This document shows, one piece after another, positions 1 to 9,794 of a stretch of DNA of 64,000 nucleotides. Where the stretch lies: positions 64,001 through 128,000 of the forward strand of contig JAFATB010000005.1 in the NCBI GenBank assembly GCA_019244185.1. The letters run 5' to 3'. A model generated the notes under the pieces. That model was not told the origin of the DNA, ran no database searches, and saw only the letters and a list, made by a program, of their open reading frames with translations. A program made the position numbers and the translations under genes. Source of the stretch: Acidobacteriota bacterium. GTDB lineage: Bacteria; Acidobacteriota; Thermoanaerobaculia; Gp7-AA8. Every line of letters begins with the position of its first letter. Position 1 is the stretch's first letter.

Positions 1-36
1 CGCAACCGAAACGCGCCTCCTCCGTATACTCCCCGC

Positions 37-2055
37 ATGCGATTCGTGCGTCTCGCCCTGCTACTGCTTTCCGCCGCCTCACTCTTCGCCCAGTCCGCTC
101 CCCAGCATGGTCCTGTCATCGCCGACATGGACAAAAGCGTCGACGCCTGTACGAACTTCTACGACTACGCCAACGGCGCCTGGCGCGCGGCGAATCCGAT
201 TCCCGCGTCCATGGAGCGCTGGAGCCGCCGCTGGGCGGCGGGCGAACAGAACAAGGATCAGCTGAAGACGATCCTCGAGGAGACCTCGCAGCGGCACGAC
301 TGGGCGGCGAACAGCGTCGAGCAGCAGATCTCCGACTTCTACGGCTCGTGCATGGACGAGAAGCGGATCAACGCCGCCGGCGCGAAGCCGCTCGCGCCGA
401 TCTTCGCCGAGATCGACGCGATCCACGACAGCGCATCGCTGCAGAAGACCATCACGCACCTGCACGATCTCAACGTCTTCACGCCGTTCGGCTCGACCTC
501 GTCTCCCGACAACCACAATCCCACCGACGTCGTCGGCCGCATCTTCGCCTCCGGCCTCGGCATGCCCGACCGCGACTACTACCTCAAAACCGAGAAGCGC
601 TTCGTCGAGGCGCGCGCGAAGTACCGCGAGCATCTCGTGAAGATGTTCCAGCTCGCCGGCTACAGCAAGGACGCCGCGAAGAAAGCGAGCGACACGGTCT
701 TCGCGTTCGAGACGCGTCTCGCGAAGTCGCACCTCGACAACGTGCAGCTCCGCGATCCCGCGGCCACCGATCACAAGTACATGGTCAAGACCCTCCAGGT
801 CATGACCCCGCACTTCAACTGGAACCAGTATCTGCAGCGCACCGGCATCAACGTCACCGAGCTGGCCGTCGATCAGCCGCTGTTCATGGAAGCCGTCGAG
901 CACGAGCTCGTGGCCACGCCGCTCAGCGACTGGCGCACGTACCTCAAGTGGAGCGTGCTCAACACCGCCGCGCCGTTCCTCTCCGACAAATTCGTCAAGC
1001 AGGACTTCGAGTTCTATCAGGCCTATCTCCGCGGCGCGAAAGAGATGAAGCCGCGCTGGAAGCGCTGCGTCGAAGCGGAGGACAACCTCCTCGGCGAGGC
1101 GCTCGGCCGCAAGTACGTCGAGCGTTACTTCCCGCCGGAAGCCAAAGCCAGAATGCAGGAGATGGTGAAGAATCTCCTTTCGGCGATGGGCGACACCATC
1201 CGCGGCCTCGACTGGATGACGCCCGCCACGAAGCAGCGCGCTCTCGAGAAGCTGGCCACGTTCAATCCGAAGGTCGGCTATCCCGACAAGTGGAAGGACT
1301 ACAGCAGCGTCCACATCACGCCCGACTCCTACTTCGCGAACGTCCTCGAAGGCATCCGCTACGGCATCGCCGACGACCGCTCGCAGATCGGCAAGCCGGT
1401 CGACCGCGGACGCTGGGGCATGACGCCGCCGACCTCCGACGCGTACTACAACCCGCTCCTCAACGAGATCGTCTTCCCCGCCGGCATCCTCCAGCCGCCG
1501 GCGTTCGACGTGAACGCGGTTGACGCCGTCAACTACGGCGCCATCGGCGTCGTCATCGGCCACGAGATCAGCCACGGCTTCGACGATCAGGGCGCGCAGT
1601 ACGACGCGCAGGGACGACTCAACAACTGGTGGACGCCCGAGGACCTGAAGGCGTTCCAGGCGCGCACCGCGTGCGTGGTCGATCAGTTCGAGAACTACTT
1701 CATCGAGCCGGGCATCCATCACAACGGCAAGCTCGTTCTCGGCGAGTCGATCGGCGACCTCGGCGGCGCGAAGATCGCGCACCTCGCCTTCCAGAAAGCG
1801 CAGCAGCAACACCCCGCGCCGACGCTCGACGGCTTCACGCCGGAGCAGCAGTTCTTCATCGCCTGGGGCCAGTTCCGCGGCGACGCCACGCGTCCCGAGA
1901 CGATGCGCATGATGGTGCAGGGCGACCCGCATCCGATCGCGAAGTACCGCGTCATCGGACCGCTGTCGAACCTCCCCGCGTTCGCGCAGGCATTCGGCTG
2001 CGCGGCGGACTCCGCGATGGTGCGTCCGGCCGCGAAACGCTGCGAGGTCTGGTAG
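37..2055 (+). CDS. M13 family (neprilysin/PepO-like) zinc metallopeptidase, secreted
   Basis: Signal peptide; NYGAIGVVIGHEISHGFD (HExxH) and GESIGDLGG motifs typical of M13; TATACT 6 nt upstream of the ATG. Confidence 0.95.
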   Translation: MRFVRLALLLLSAASLFAQSAPQHGPVIADMDKSVDACTNFYDYANGAWRAANPIPASMERWSRRWAAGEQNKDQLKTILEETSQRHDWAANSVEQQISDFYGSCMDEKRINAAGAKPLAPIFAEIDAIHDSASLQKTITHLHDLNVFTPFGSTSSPDNHNPTDVVGRIFASGLGMPDRDYYLKTEKRFVEARAKYREHLVKMFQLAGYSKDAAKKASDTVFAFETRLAKSHLDNVQLRDPAATDHKYMVKTLQVMTPHFNWNQYLQRTGINVTELAVDQPLFMEAVEHELVATPLSDWRTYLKWSVLNTAAPFLSDKFVKQDFEFYQAYLRGAKEMKPRWKRCVEAEDNLLGEALGRKYVERYFPPEAKARMQEMVKNLLSAMGDTIRGLDWMTPATKQRALEKLATFNPKVGYPDKWKDYSSVHITPDSYFANVLEGIRYGIADDRSQIGKPVDRGRWGMTPPTSDAYYNPLLNEIVFPAGILQPPAFDVNAVDAVNYGAIGVVIGHEISHGFDDQGAQYDAQGRLNNWWTPEDLKAFQARTACVVDQFENYFIEPGIHHNGKLVLGESIGDLGGAKIAHLAFQKAQQQHPAPTLDGFTPEQQFFIAWGQFRGDATRPETMRMMVQGDPHPIAKYRVIGPLSNLPAFAQAFGCAADSAMVRPAAKRCEVW

Positions 2056-2621
2056 TGGATCCGCGCGCGACGGCGCTCGTCGTCATCGATCTGCAGCGCG
2101 GCGTGGTCGCACGACCCGCCGCGCCGCACGCGTCGAGCGACGTCGTCGCGCGCGCCGTGCGGCTCGTCCACGCGTTCCGTCGCGCCGGCGCGATGATCGT
2201 GTTCGTGCACGTCGGCTTCTCCGCCGACGATCGCGATCGCCTGAAACCGCACGCCGATCAGCCCGCGGTGCCGGCCGCGCAGATGCCGCCGGATTTCGCG
2301 GAGTTCGTCGACGAACTGCCGATCGCCGACGGCGACCTGCGCATCCGCAAGCGTCAATGGGGCGCGTTCTACGGCACCGAGCTCGATCTGCAGCTGCGCC
2401 GCCGCGGCGTCACGACGCTCGTCTACACCGGCATCGCCACGAACTTCGGCATCGAGTCGACCGCGCGCGATGCGTACGAGCGCGGCTACGAGCAGCTCTT
2501 CGTCGAGGACGCGATGTCGGGACTGACGGCCGAGGCGCACCAGTTCGCGGTGTCGACCATCTTTCCGAGGATGGGCCGCGTCGTCTCGACGGACGACGCG
2601 ATCGCGAAAATCGGCGGCTAA
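2055..2621 (+). CDS. Isochorismatase/cysteine hydrolase family protein
   Basis: GTG overlaps the upstream TAG; TALVVIDLQ, RKRQWGAFYGT and TGIATNFGIESTAR motifs (3' part of track ORF 1629..2621). Confidence 0.9.
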   Translation: MDPRATALVVIDLQRGVVARPAAPHASSDVVARAVRLVHAFRRAGAMIVFVHVGFSADDRDRLKPHADQPAVPAAQMPPDFAEFVDELPIADGDLRIRKRQWGAFYGTELDLQLRRRGVTTLVYTGIATNFGIESTARDAYERGYEQLFVEDAMSGLTAEAHQFAVSTIFPRMGRVVSTDDAIAKIGG

Positions 2622-3421
2622 CTGAGCGTCACGATTTCGAGGTGCTCGATCTCGTGCTCGAGGAACTCGCCGGCGATGCGGCGGAAACGCTCCTCGGCGT
2701 CGGTGACGAGGAACTGATGCGGCGGATCGCTCATCCCCGCTGACGCGCCGAGCGCGCGTCGCACCGTTTCAGCCGTCGTCTCCGCGCTGTCGACGATCGC
2801 CACCGCGCCGCCGACGACCTGCTCGATCGTGCCGCGCAGGATCGGGTAATGCGTGCAGCCGAGGACTAGCGTGTCGATGCCGGCGTCGATCAGCGGCTCG
2901 AGGTAGATCTCCGCGACTTCGCGCGCGACGTGCGTGTTCGCCCAACCTTCTTCCGCGAGCGGGACGAACAGCGGCGCCGCCGACTCGATGACTTCGACGT
3001 CGGGATCGATCGCACGGATCGCATGCGTGTACGCCTTCGCGCGCACGGTCCCCTCGGTGGCGATGACGCCGACGACACCGGAGGTGTGCTGCACCGCCGC
3101 GCGCGCGCCGGGCTCCACGACGCCGATCACGGGGATCGACAGCTCTTGTTGCAATGTCGGCAGCGCCGCGGCGGTGGCGGTGTTGCAGGCGATGACGAGC
3201 ATCTTCACGCCGCGCGCGACGAGATGCTGCGCGGCTTCGCGCGCGTAGCGCAAGACCGTCGCCGGCGACTTCGTCCCGTACGGCACGCGCGCGGAATCGC
3301 CGAGGTAGACGAGCGGCTCGCGCGGGAGCGCGCGTGCGATCTCGCGGAAGACCGTCAGTCCGCCGACGCCGGAGTCGAAGACGCCGATCGGACGCGCGCC
3401 GTTACTGGACTTCGGCTGCAT
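2618..3421 (-). CDS. murI: Glutamate racemase
   Basis: IGVFDSGVGGLTV, VPYGTKS, ACNTA and LVLGCTHYP motifs. Confidence 0.97.
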   Translation of the reverse strand: MQPKSSNGARPIGVFDSGVGGLTVFREIARALPREPLVYLGDSARVPYGTKSPATVLRYAREAAQHLVARGVKMLVIACNTATAAALPTLQQELSIPVIGVVEPGARAAVQHTSGVVGVIATEGTVRAKAYTHAIRAIDPDVEVIESAAPLFVPLAEEGWANTHVAREVAEIYLEPLIDAGIDTLVLGCTHYPILRGTIEQVVGGAVAIVDSAETTAETVRRALGASAGMSDPPHQFLVTDAEERFRRIAGEFLEHEIEHLEIVTLS

Positions 3422-4799
3422 CCCCGGGCGTCACTCCTGCTCCGGCCTCTCGTTTGATGTTGTACTGCTCGATCTTCTTGTAGAGATTCGACCGCGGCGT
3501 GTCGATCGCCTCGGCCGTCTTCGAGACGTTCCAGCCATGCTCGCGCAGCTTGGCGACGATGAACGCCTTCTCCGCCTCGTCCTTGAACTCCTGCAGCGTC
3601 GAGAGGCGCATCGCGGAGCTGATGATGTCCGTCGGCGTGCGGAAGAACTCCGCGGGCAGATCGGTCACGTCGATCGTCTCCGACGGCACCATGATCACCA
3701 GCCGCTCGATCATGTTGCGCAGCTCGCGCACGTTGCCGCGCCACGGCGCGTCCGCGAGCGCCTTCGCCGCCGCCGCCGTGAATTTCTTCGGGTGATAGTT
3801 GTGCTCCTCGGAGAAAAGTTTCGCGAAATGCTGCGCGAGCACCGGCACGTCGTCGCGCCGCTCGCGCAGCGGCGGCGTGCGCACCGGAATGACGTTCAGG
3901 CGGTAATAGAGATCTTCGCGGAAGCGTCCCGCGCGGATCTCTTCGGTGAGGTCCTTGTTCGTCGCCGCGATCACGCGCACGTCGACTTTGACCACCGTCG
4001 CCGAGCCGACCGGCTCGACTTCGCCTTCCTGCAAAACGCGCAAGACTTTCGCCTGCGTGCGCAGTGACATGTCGCCGATCTCGTCGAGGAAGATCGTGCC
4101 GCCGTCGGCCGCGACGAACTTGCCCGTCTGCTTGCGCACCGCGCCGGTGAACGATCCCTTTTCATGCCCGAAGAGCTCCGATTCGATCAGCTCCTCGGGG
4201 ATCGCCGCGCAGTTCACCTGAATGAACGGCATGTTCGCGCGCGACGAGCGGCGATGCACTTCGCGCGCGACGAGCTCCTTGCCGGTGCCGGATTCGCCGG
4301 TGATGAGCACGGTCGCTTTCGTCGGCGCCGCGCGCTCGATCTGCGACTTCAGCTCCGACATCAGCGATGAATTGCCGACGAGCTGATACTCCTTCTGCTG
4401 CTTCTCTTTGAGCTCGGTGTTTTCTTCTTCGAGCGAGCGCTGGCGCACCGCGTTGCGGACGGTGAGCAGCAGCTTGTCGCGGTTCAGCGGCTTCTCGAGG
4501 AAGTCGAACGCGCCGCGCTTCGTGCATTCGACGGCCGTGTGCACGTCGCCGTGGCCGGAGACCATGACCACGGGGATGTTGATGCGCTGCTCCTTGAGGT
4601 TCTCGAGGACCTCGATGCCGTCGAGCACCGGCATCTTGATGTCGAGCAGCATCGCGTCGTAGGGGACTTTCGAGGCTTTGTCGAGCCCCTCCTGCCCCGA
4701 ACGCGCCTCATCGATGCGATACCCCTCGTACTCCAGCGTCATCCGGATCGCTTCCCGGATGCCGGTCTCATCATCGACGACCAAAATGCGGTACGCCAT
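3402..4799 (-). CDS. Sigma-54-dependent response regulator (NtrC/NtrX family; REC-AAA+-HTH)
   Basis: ILVVDDE receiver; GESGTGKE Walker A; ESELFGHEKGSFTGA; FLDEIGDM; C-terminal Fis-type HTH. Start placed at MAYRIL. Confidence 0.95.
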   Translation of the reverse strand: MAYRILVVDDETGIREAIRMTLEYEGYRIDEARSGQEGLDKASKVPYDAMLLDIKMPVLDGIEVLENLKEQRINIPVVMVSGHGDVHTAVECTKRGAFDFLEKPLNRDKLLLTVRNAVRQRSLEEENTELKEKQQKEYQLVGNSSLMSELKSQIERAAPTKATVLITGESGTGKELVAREVHRRSSRANMPFIQVNCAAIPEELIESELFGHEKGSFTGAVRKQTGKFVAADGGTIFLDEIGDMSLRTQAKVLRVLQEGEVEPVGSATVVKVDVRVIAATNKDLTEEIRAGRFREDLYYRLNVIPVRTPPLRERRDDVPVLAQHFAKLFSEEHNYHPKKFTAAAAKALADAPWRGNVRELRNMIERLVIMVPSETIDVTDLPAEFFRTPTDIISSAMRLSTLQEFKDEAEKAFIVAKLREHGWNVSKTAEAIDTPRSNLYKKIEQYNIKREAGAGVTPGDAAEVQ

Positions 4800-4876
4800 A
4801 AACCTCGCTTTCACTGCATGAGTTCGGCCAGCTGGGGGTGATTGTACGTGGGACGGCCGAGGTAGACTCGGGTGCG

Positions 4877-5419
4877 ATGCAGTTCGACGAGGTGCTGCGG
4901 ACGTTCAGCGGGTTCTTTGAGAGAGAAGGGATTCGCTACGCGGTGATCGGAGCGTTGGCGATGCAGGCGTGGGGACAGACGCGGCTGACGAAGGACGTCG
5001 ACTTCGTCGTCGATCTCGCCGCGCGCGACCGCGTGATCGCGTACGCGGAGTCGATCGGCTACGAGACCCTGCACGTGAGCGACGGCTATTCGAATCATCT
5101 GCATCACGACGAAGGCTTCGGACGCGTCGACGTCATGTACGTCAGCGGCACGACGGCGGACACGATCTTCGGCGCCGTCGTACGCAAGCCAATCGTCGGC
5201 GAGCAGACGCTGCCGGTGCCGAGCGCCGCGCATCTCGCGATGATGAAGGGACTGTTCATGAAGAATGTCCCGCGACGCGAGTTCGCCGATGGCGACGACG
5301 TTTGCGTGCTGCTGAACGTGCCCGGCGTCGATCGCGCTGCCGTACGGAGCTACTTCGCGCGGCATGGCTTATCGAGGCAATACGATGGAATCGAAAAAGC
5401 CAGTCGAACCGCTCGATGA
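4877..5419 (+). CDS. Minimal nucleotidyltransferase (DUF6036/AbiEii-like)
   Basis: YAVIGALAM...RLTKDVDFVV Pol-beta-like motif; TAGACT 8 nt before the ATG at 4877. Confidence 0.7.
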   Translation: MQFDEVLRTFSGFFEREGIRYAVIGALAMQAWGQTRLTKDVDFVVDLAARDRVIAYAESIGYETLHVSDGYSNHLHHDEGFGRVDVMYVSGTTADTIFGAVVRKPIVGEQTLPVPSAAHLAMMKGLFMKNVPRREFADGDDVCVLLNVPGVDRAAVRSYFARHGLSRQYDGIEKASRTAR

Positions 5420-5591
5420 GCTTGAGTTCGACGTGCCCACCACGCCGGAAGACAACGAGATGCTGTGGCGCGTGCGCGAGCTCAACACGATGACTCCCCA
5501 GCAGTACCTCGCCTTCCTCCTCGAGCTCACCAAGGGCCTCCCCCAATCCCGCGAAACCAACCGCGACACCGACGAGCCCTTTACGCTGTAG
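5385..5591 (+). CDS. Small acidic hypothetical protein, possible partner/antitoxin of the nucleotidyltransferase
   Basis: 68-aa ORF with coding-like codon usage overlapping the 3' end of the NTase gene by 35 nt. Confidence 0.6.
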   Translation: MESKKPVEPLDELEFDVPTTPEDNEMLWRVRELNTMTPQQYLAFLLELTKGLPQSRETNRDTDEPFTL

Positions 5592-5632
5592 CGACTTCTT
5601 TGCGGATGTCCGCGCGCTAGAATGCGCGCGCC

Positions 5633-7090
5633 ATGCAAGTCGACATCAGCCGCGTCCCGAACCTCGCGAAATTCGATCATCTGTTCGTCCTCCTTGCGGA
5701 AGGCGCGGCGGAGGTCGAGCTGGCCGAAGCGCGGGACGCGATCGCGCGCGCGAAATTCGAGGGACGCGGCGACGAATCGATCACCATCCTCGCCGACGGG
5801 CCGCGCAAGATCACGCTGATCGGCCTCGGCAAGCGCGAGTCGCTCACGCTGCGCGGCGTGCGCGCGGCGCTCACCTCCGTCGGCCGCATCGCGAAGAAAC
5901 AGCGCGACAAGAAAGTGGCCGTGCTCTTCCCGGAGTTGCTGCCGCAGCTCGACGCGGAAGAGTCGCTCGTCGCCGCCGCGGACATGCTCGGGCAGAGCGA
6001 CTACAAGTACGACCCCTACATCACCGTCCGCAAAGAGCAGAAGCGGACGCCGATCGCGGCCACGCTCCTCGCACCGGCGTCCATCGAGCCGAAACGCCTC
6101 CGCGCGCTCACCACGCGTTTGAAAGCGGTGTACGACGGCGTCACCACCACGCGCGACGTCTCGAACGCGCCGTGCAACGTCATGACGCCCGAGGCGCTCG
6201 CGGATCGCGCGGTCGAAGTCGCGAAAGAGACCGGCATCAAGTGCACGGTCTACGGCAAGCGTGAGATCGAGCGGATGAAGATGGGCGGCCTTCTCGCCGT
6301 CAACCGCGGCTCCGTGCTTCCGCCGCGCTTCGTGGTCATGGAGCACGCGCCGCGCGGTGCGAAGACGCACGTCGCGCTGGTCGGCAAAGGCATCACCTTC
6401 GACTCGGGCGGCATCTCCATCAAGCCGTCCGAGAAGATGGAAGAGATGAAGTTCGACATGTGCGGCGCCGCCGCCGTGATCGGCATCATGGAAGCCGCGG
6501 CCAAGCTCGCGCTGCCGGTCAAGCTTACCGGTATCTTCGCCGCCACCGAGAACCTTCCCAGCGGCAGCGCCTACAAGCCGGGCGAGATCATCACGATGAT
6601 GAACGGCAAGACCGTGGAGATCGTGAATACCGACGCCGAAGGACGCATGATCCTCGGCGACGCGCTGCATTACGCATCGAAGCTGAAACCCGATCACATC
6701 CTCGACTACGCCACGCTCACCGGCGCGTGCGTGGTCGCTCTCGGCAGCGAGACCGCGGGCCTCTTCAGCAACAATGACGAGCTGGCCCGGAAGTTGATTG
6801 AATCGGGGGAACGCGTCGGCGATCGTGTGTGGCGACTTCCCGCGTGGAGCGAGTACAAGGAAGGGATTCGCAGCGAATGGGCCGACATGAAAAACACGGG
6901 CGGACGCTGGGGTGGCGCGATCACCGCGGCGGTCTTCCTCGAGGAGTTCGTCGATTGTCCTTCCTGGGCTCATCTCGACATCGCCGGGACCGCGTATGCG
7001 GAGAGCGAGACGGCGCGCGAAGCGCGCGGCGCGACGGGCGCCGGCGTGCGCGTCACCATCGAGTTCCTGCAGTCGCTTTCGCGGCGCTGA
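5633..7090 (+). CDS. pepA: Leucyl aminopeptidase (M17)
   Basis: LVGKGITFDSGG, MKFDMCGAA, NTDAEGR and WAHLDIAG signatures. Confidence 0.96.
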   Translation: MQVDISRVPNLAKFDHLFVLLAEGAAEVELAEARDAIARAKFEGRGDESITILADGPRKITLIGLGKRESLTLRGVRAALTSVGRIAKKQRDKKVAVLFPELLPQLDAEESLVAAADMLGQSDYKYDPYITVRKEQKRTPIAATLLAPASIEPKRLRALTTRLKAVYDGVTTTRDVSNAPCNVMTPEALADRAVEVAKETGIKCTVYGKREIERMKMGGLLAVNRGSVLPPRFVVMEHAPRGAKTHVALVGKGITFDSGGISIKPSEKMEEMKFDMCGAAAVIGIMEAAAKLALPVKLTGIFAATENLPSGSAYKPGEIITMMNGKTVEIVNTDAEGRMILGDALHYASKLKPDHILDYATLTGACVVALGSETAGLFSNNDELARKLIESGERVGDRVWRLPAWSEYKEGIRSEWADMKNTGGRWGGAITAAVFLEEFVDCPSWAHLDIAGTAYAESETAREARGATGAGVRVTIEFLQSLSRR

Positions 7091-8118
7091 CGCTCGCGCT
7101 GTCGTTGCTGCTCGCGGCCTGCGGCGGCAGCGCCGCGAAGAAAGCCGTTGCGCCGCCGCCGGCCGAGCCGCAGATCGACTTCACGCTCATCGACTCGCCG
7201 AGCCTGCAGTTCCTCCCCCGCCGCGAGGAAGCGCAGGGCTGGCGTCTCGATGAAGACCCGGTCGTCGTTCCGGGCGAGCGCATCGGCTCGTACCTCGGCG
7301 CCGACGGCCAGAACTTCGCCAAATACGACGTCATCGATCTCACCGCCGGCAAGTACACCGCGACGAGCGGCGCCGGATTCGCCACCGTCGAGATCTTTCG
7401 CTTCCCCGACTTCGTCAAAGCCTTCGGCGCGTACTCGATCCGCAAGGAAGTCTCACGCCGCTTTGTGCCGATCGACAACGAGGCCTACGTCAGCAAGTAC
7501 ACCGTGCACGTCTGGCGCGGCCCGTTCTACGTGCGCGTCACCGGCGGCTCGGAGAAGGCGTTCGAGGCGCTGACGTCGCTCGCCTCCTCCGTCGCCGAGC
7601 GCATGCCGCCCGCGCCCGCGAAGCCGGCCGTCTTCGCCTTCTTCCCGACCGACACGCGCGTGCCGAACAGCGAGCGCTACTCCACCGACAAGACGCTCGG
7701 CCTGGCCATTCTCGCCAACGCGTTCCAGGCCACCTTCAACGTCGGCGGCGACACGATGGAAGGCCTCATCATCCCCGCCGCGAACAAGAACGCCGCCGCG
7801 AAGATCCTCAACGAATACCGCGATCTCTACGTTCGCAACGGCAAGCTACTCGACCCGATCCCGAACCTCGGCGAGGACAACTTCACCGCCGAAGACCGCT
7901 TCCTCGGCCGCACCATCGCGTTCCGCATCGACCGCTTCGTCATCGCCTTCAACGGCTACAAGGAGCGGCAGAAGCTGATCGACCTCGCCGTCGCCACCGA
8001 CACGCGCATCCTCGGCACGATCCGCAAGCAGCTCGTCACCGCGGAGAAGCAGGCCGAGGCCGCGAACGACACGTCGAAGACGACGAACGACAAGCGGCCG
8101 CCGTGGGCAAGGCAGTAG
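7087..8118 (+). CDS. Putative lipoprotein (DUF6599-like); start codon uncertain, probably CTG overlapping the pepA stop
   Basis: LTLALSLLLAA-C lipobox; strong GC3 coding bias after 7087; no nearby in-frame ATG/GTG. Confidence 0.7.
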   Translation: MTLALSLLLAACGGSAAKKAVAPPPAEPQIDFTLIDSPSLQFLPRREEAQGWRLDEDPVVVPGERIGSYLGADGQNFAKYDVIDLTAGKYTATSGAGFATVEIFRFPDFVKAFGAYSIRKEVSRRFVPIDNEAYVSKYTVHVWRGPFYVRVTGGSEKAFEALTSLASSVAERMPPAPAKPAVFAFFPTDTRVPNSERYSTDKTLGLAILANAFQATFNVGGDTMEGLIIPAANKNAAAKILNEYRDLYVRNGKLLDPIPNLGEDNFTAEDRFLGRTIAFRIDRFVIAFNGYKERQKLIDLAVATDTRILGTIRKQLVTAEKQAEAANDTSKTTNDKRPPWARQ

Positions 8119-8121
8119 GAT

Positions 8122-8601
8122 TCACCGTTCCCACGTCCCCGATTTTCCGCCGGACTTGCGGACGAGCTGCAGGCCGTCGATCGTGATCCCCTTCTCGGCG
8201 GACTTGCACATGTCGTAGATCGTCAGCGCCGCGACCGCGCACGCGGTCATCGCTTCCATCTCGACGCCGGTCTTGGCCTCGCAGCGGACGATCGAGCGCA
8301 CTTCGATCGTGCCGCTCGCGGGATCGAGATCGAAGGTGATGTCGACCGACTCGATGGCGATCGGATGCGCGAGCGGAATCAGCGACGGCGTCTGTTTCGC
8401 CGCGAGCACGCCGGCGATCTTCGCGGTGGTCAGCACGTCGCCTTTCGGCAGTGCCGCGCTCATGAGCTTCGTCAGCGTCGCCGCCGACATGCGCACGGTC
8501 GCCACGGCCACCGCCTCGCGCTGCGTGGCGCGCTTCGCGCCAACGTTCACCATCGAGATGCCGCCGGTTTCGTCGAGATGCGAGAAATCCTTGTCAGCCA
8601 T
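8122..8601 (-). CDS. moaC: Cyclic pyranopterin monophosphate synthase
   Basis: FSHLDETGGISMVNV, LIPLAHP, TGVEMEA, IYDMCKS and KSGGKSG motifs. Confidence 0.96.
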   Translation of the reverse strand: MADKDFSHLDETGGISMVNVGAKRATQREAVAVATVRMSAATLTKLMSAALPKGDVLTTAKIAGVLAAKQTPSLIPLAHPIAIESVDITFDLDPASGTIEVRSIVRCEAKTGVEMEAMTACAVAALTIYDMCKSAEKGITIDGLQLVRKSGGKSGTWER

Positions 8602-9118
8602 CGTCCTGCGCCGCCTTCCACTCCTCGACCGTATTCACGTTGCGCAGCGGCTCGCCGCGGAAGCGCGCGCGCAACGCCGCCTCGCCGATCATGTCGCGTT
8701 CGACCGCCGACCGCAAATCGTAGCGCCGCCGCGCGATGCGCTCGCGCAGGCGCGGCAGCGACGCCGCGTCCCACACCGCGCACAGCAACTGCGGCTCGCC
8801 GTCCCACAGCGGCACGCGGCCGTCATCGCGCAGAAACGCGAGCACGTCGCTCGTGATCAGCGGATAGTCGACCGCGAGGATGAACGCGCGCGACCGCGCG
8901 TGCTCGAGCGCGCGCGCGACGCCGAAGATCACGCCGTCGCCGTCGTGCGGCTCTTCGAAGATCGTCGCGATCGGCATCGCCTCGCCGCCGAAACGCTGCA
9001 CCGCGACGACCTCGTCGAACACCGGTCGCGCCGCCTCGACGATGCGGTCGAGAAACAGAGCGCTCTTCGACGTTCCCATGCGGCGCGAATGTCCGCCGAC
9101 GAGCACGTAAGCGTTCAC
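8594..9118 (-). CDS. mobA: Molybdenum cofactor guanylyltransferase
   Basis: VLVGGHSRRMGTSK, LAVDYPLI and LRNVNT motifs; overlaps moaC; start GTG 9118 (alternative ATG 9136). Confidence 0.85.
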   Translation of the reverse strand: MNAYVLVGGHSRRMGTSKSALFLDRIVEAARPVFDEVVAVQRFGGEAMPIATIFEEPHDGDGVIFGVARALEHARSRAFILAVDYPLITSDVLAFLRDDGRVPLWDGEPQLLCAVWDAASLPRLRERIARRRYDLRSAVERDMIGEAALRARFRGEPLRNVNTVEEWKAAQDDG

Positions 9119-9143
9119 GAACGCGTACGTTACCATCGCGCGC

Positions 9144-9794
9144 GTGGCGGCCCGCGTGAGCGTCATCATCCCCGCGCTCGACGAAGCCGCGCGCATCGGC
9201 GCGACGATCGACGCCGCGCTCGCGGCCGGCGCGGCCGAAGTCATCGTCGCCGACGGCGGCAGCCGCGACGCGACCGCCGGCATCGCGCGCGCGCACGGCG
9301 CGCAGGTCGTCACCGGCGAACGCATGCGCGCGCGGCAGCTCAACGCGGGCGCGCGCGCGGCGTCGCACGACGTGCTGCTGTTCCTGCACGCCGACACGCT
9401 GCTGCCCGCCGGCGCGTGCGACGCGGCCGCGGCGGCGATCGAACGAGGTGCCACGTTCGGCGGCTTCCGCATCGCGTTCATCGAGCCGGGACTGGAGCGC
9501 GTCGCGTGGTTCATCAACGCGCGGACGCGGCTCACGCGGCAGCCGTGGGGCGATCAGGCGCAGTTCATCCGCCGCGACGCGTTCCCCGGGTTCCGCGAGA
9601 TCCCGCTGATGGAAGACTACGCGCTCGCCCGCCGCATGCGCCGCGCCGTGATCCTTCCGCTCGCCGTGCGCACGTCCGGCCGCCGCTTCCTCGCCAAAGG
9701 CATTCTCCGCACGGCGATGGTCAACTGGTTGATCATCGCCGGCTATCACCTCGGCGTCGCGCCGGAACGGCTGGCGCGATGGTACCGACGTTGA
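9144..9794 (+). CDS. Glycosyltransferase family 2 (TIGR04283-like)
   Basis: VSVIIPALDE, VADGGSRD, LLFLHADT, WGDQAQF, PLMED and TSGRR motifs. Confidence 0.85.
   Translation: MAARVSVIIPALDEAARIGATIDAALAAGAAEVIVADGGSRDATAGIARAHGAQVVTGERMRARQLNAGARAASHDVLLFLHADTLLPAGACDAAAAAIERGATFGGFRIAFIEPGLERVAWFINARTRLTRQPWGDQAQFIRRDAFPGFREIPLMEDYALARRMRRAVILPLAVRTSGRRFLAKGILRTAMVNWLIIAGYHLGVAPERLARWYRR

Noticed and set aside
9144-9794. Arsenosugar/selenium radical-SAM cluster suggested by the TIGR04283-like GT2
   Set aside because: Usual partners (TIGR04282-like transferase, radical SAM, methyltransferase) are absent from the window
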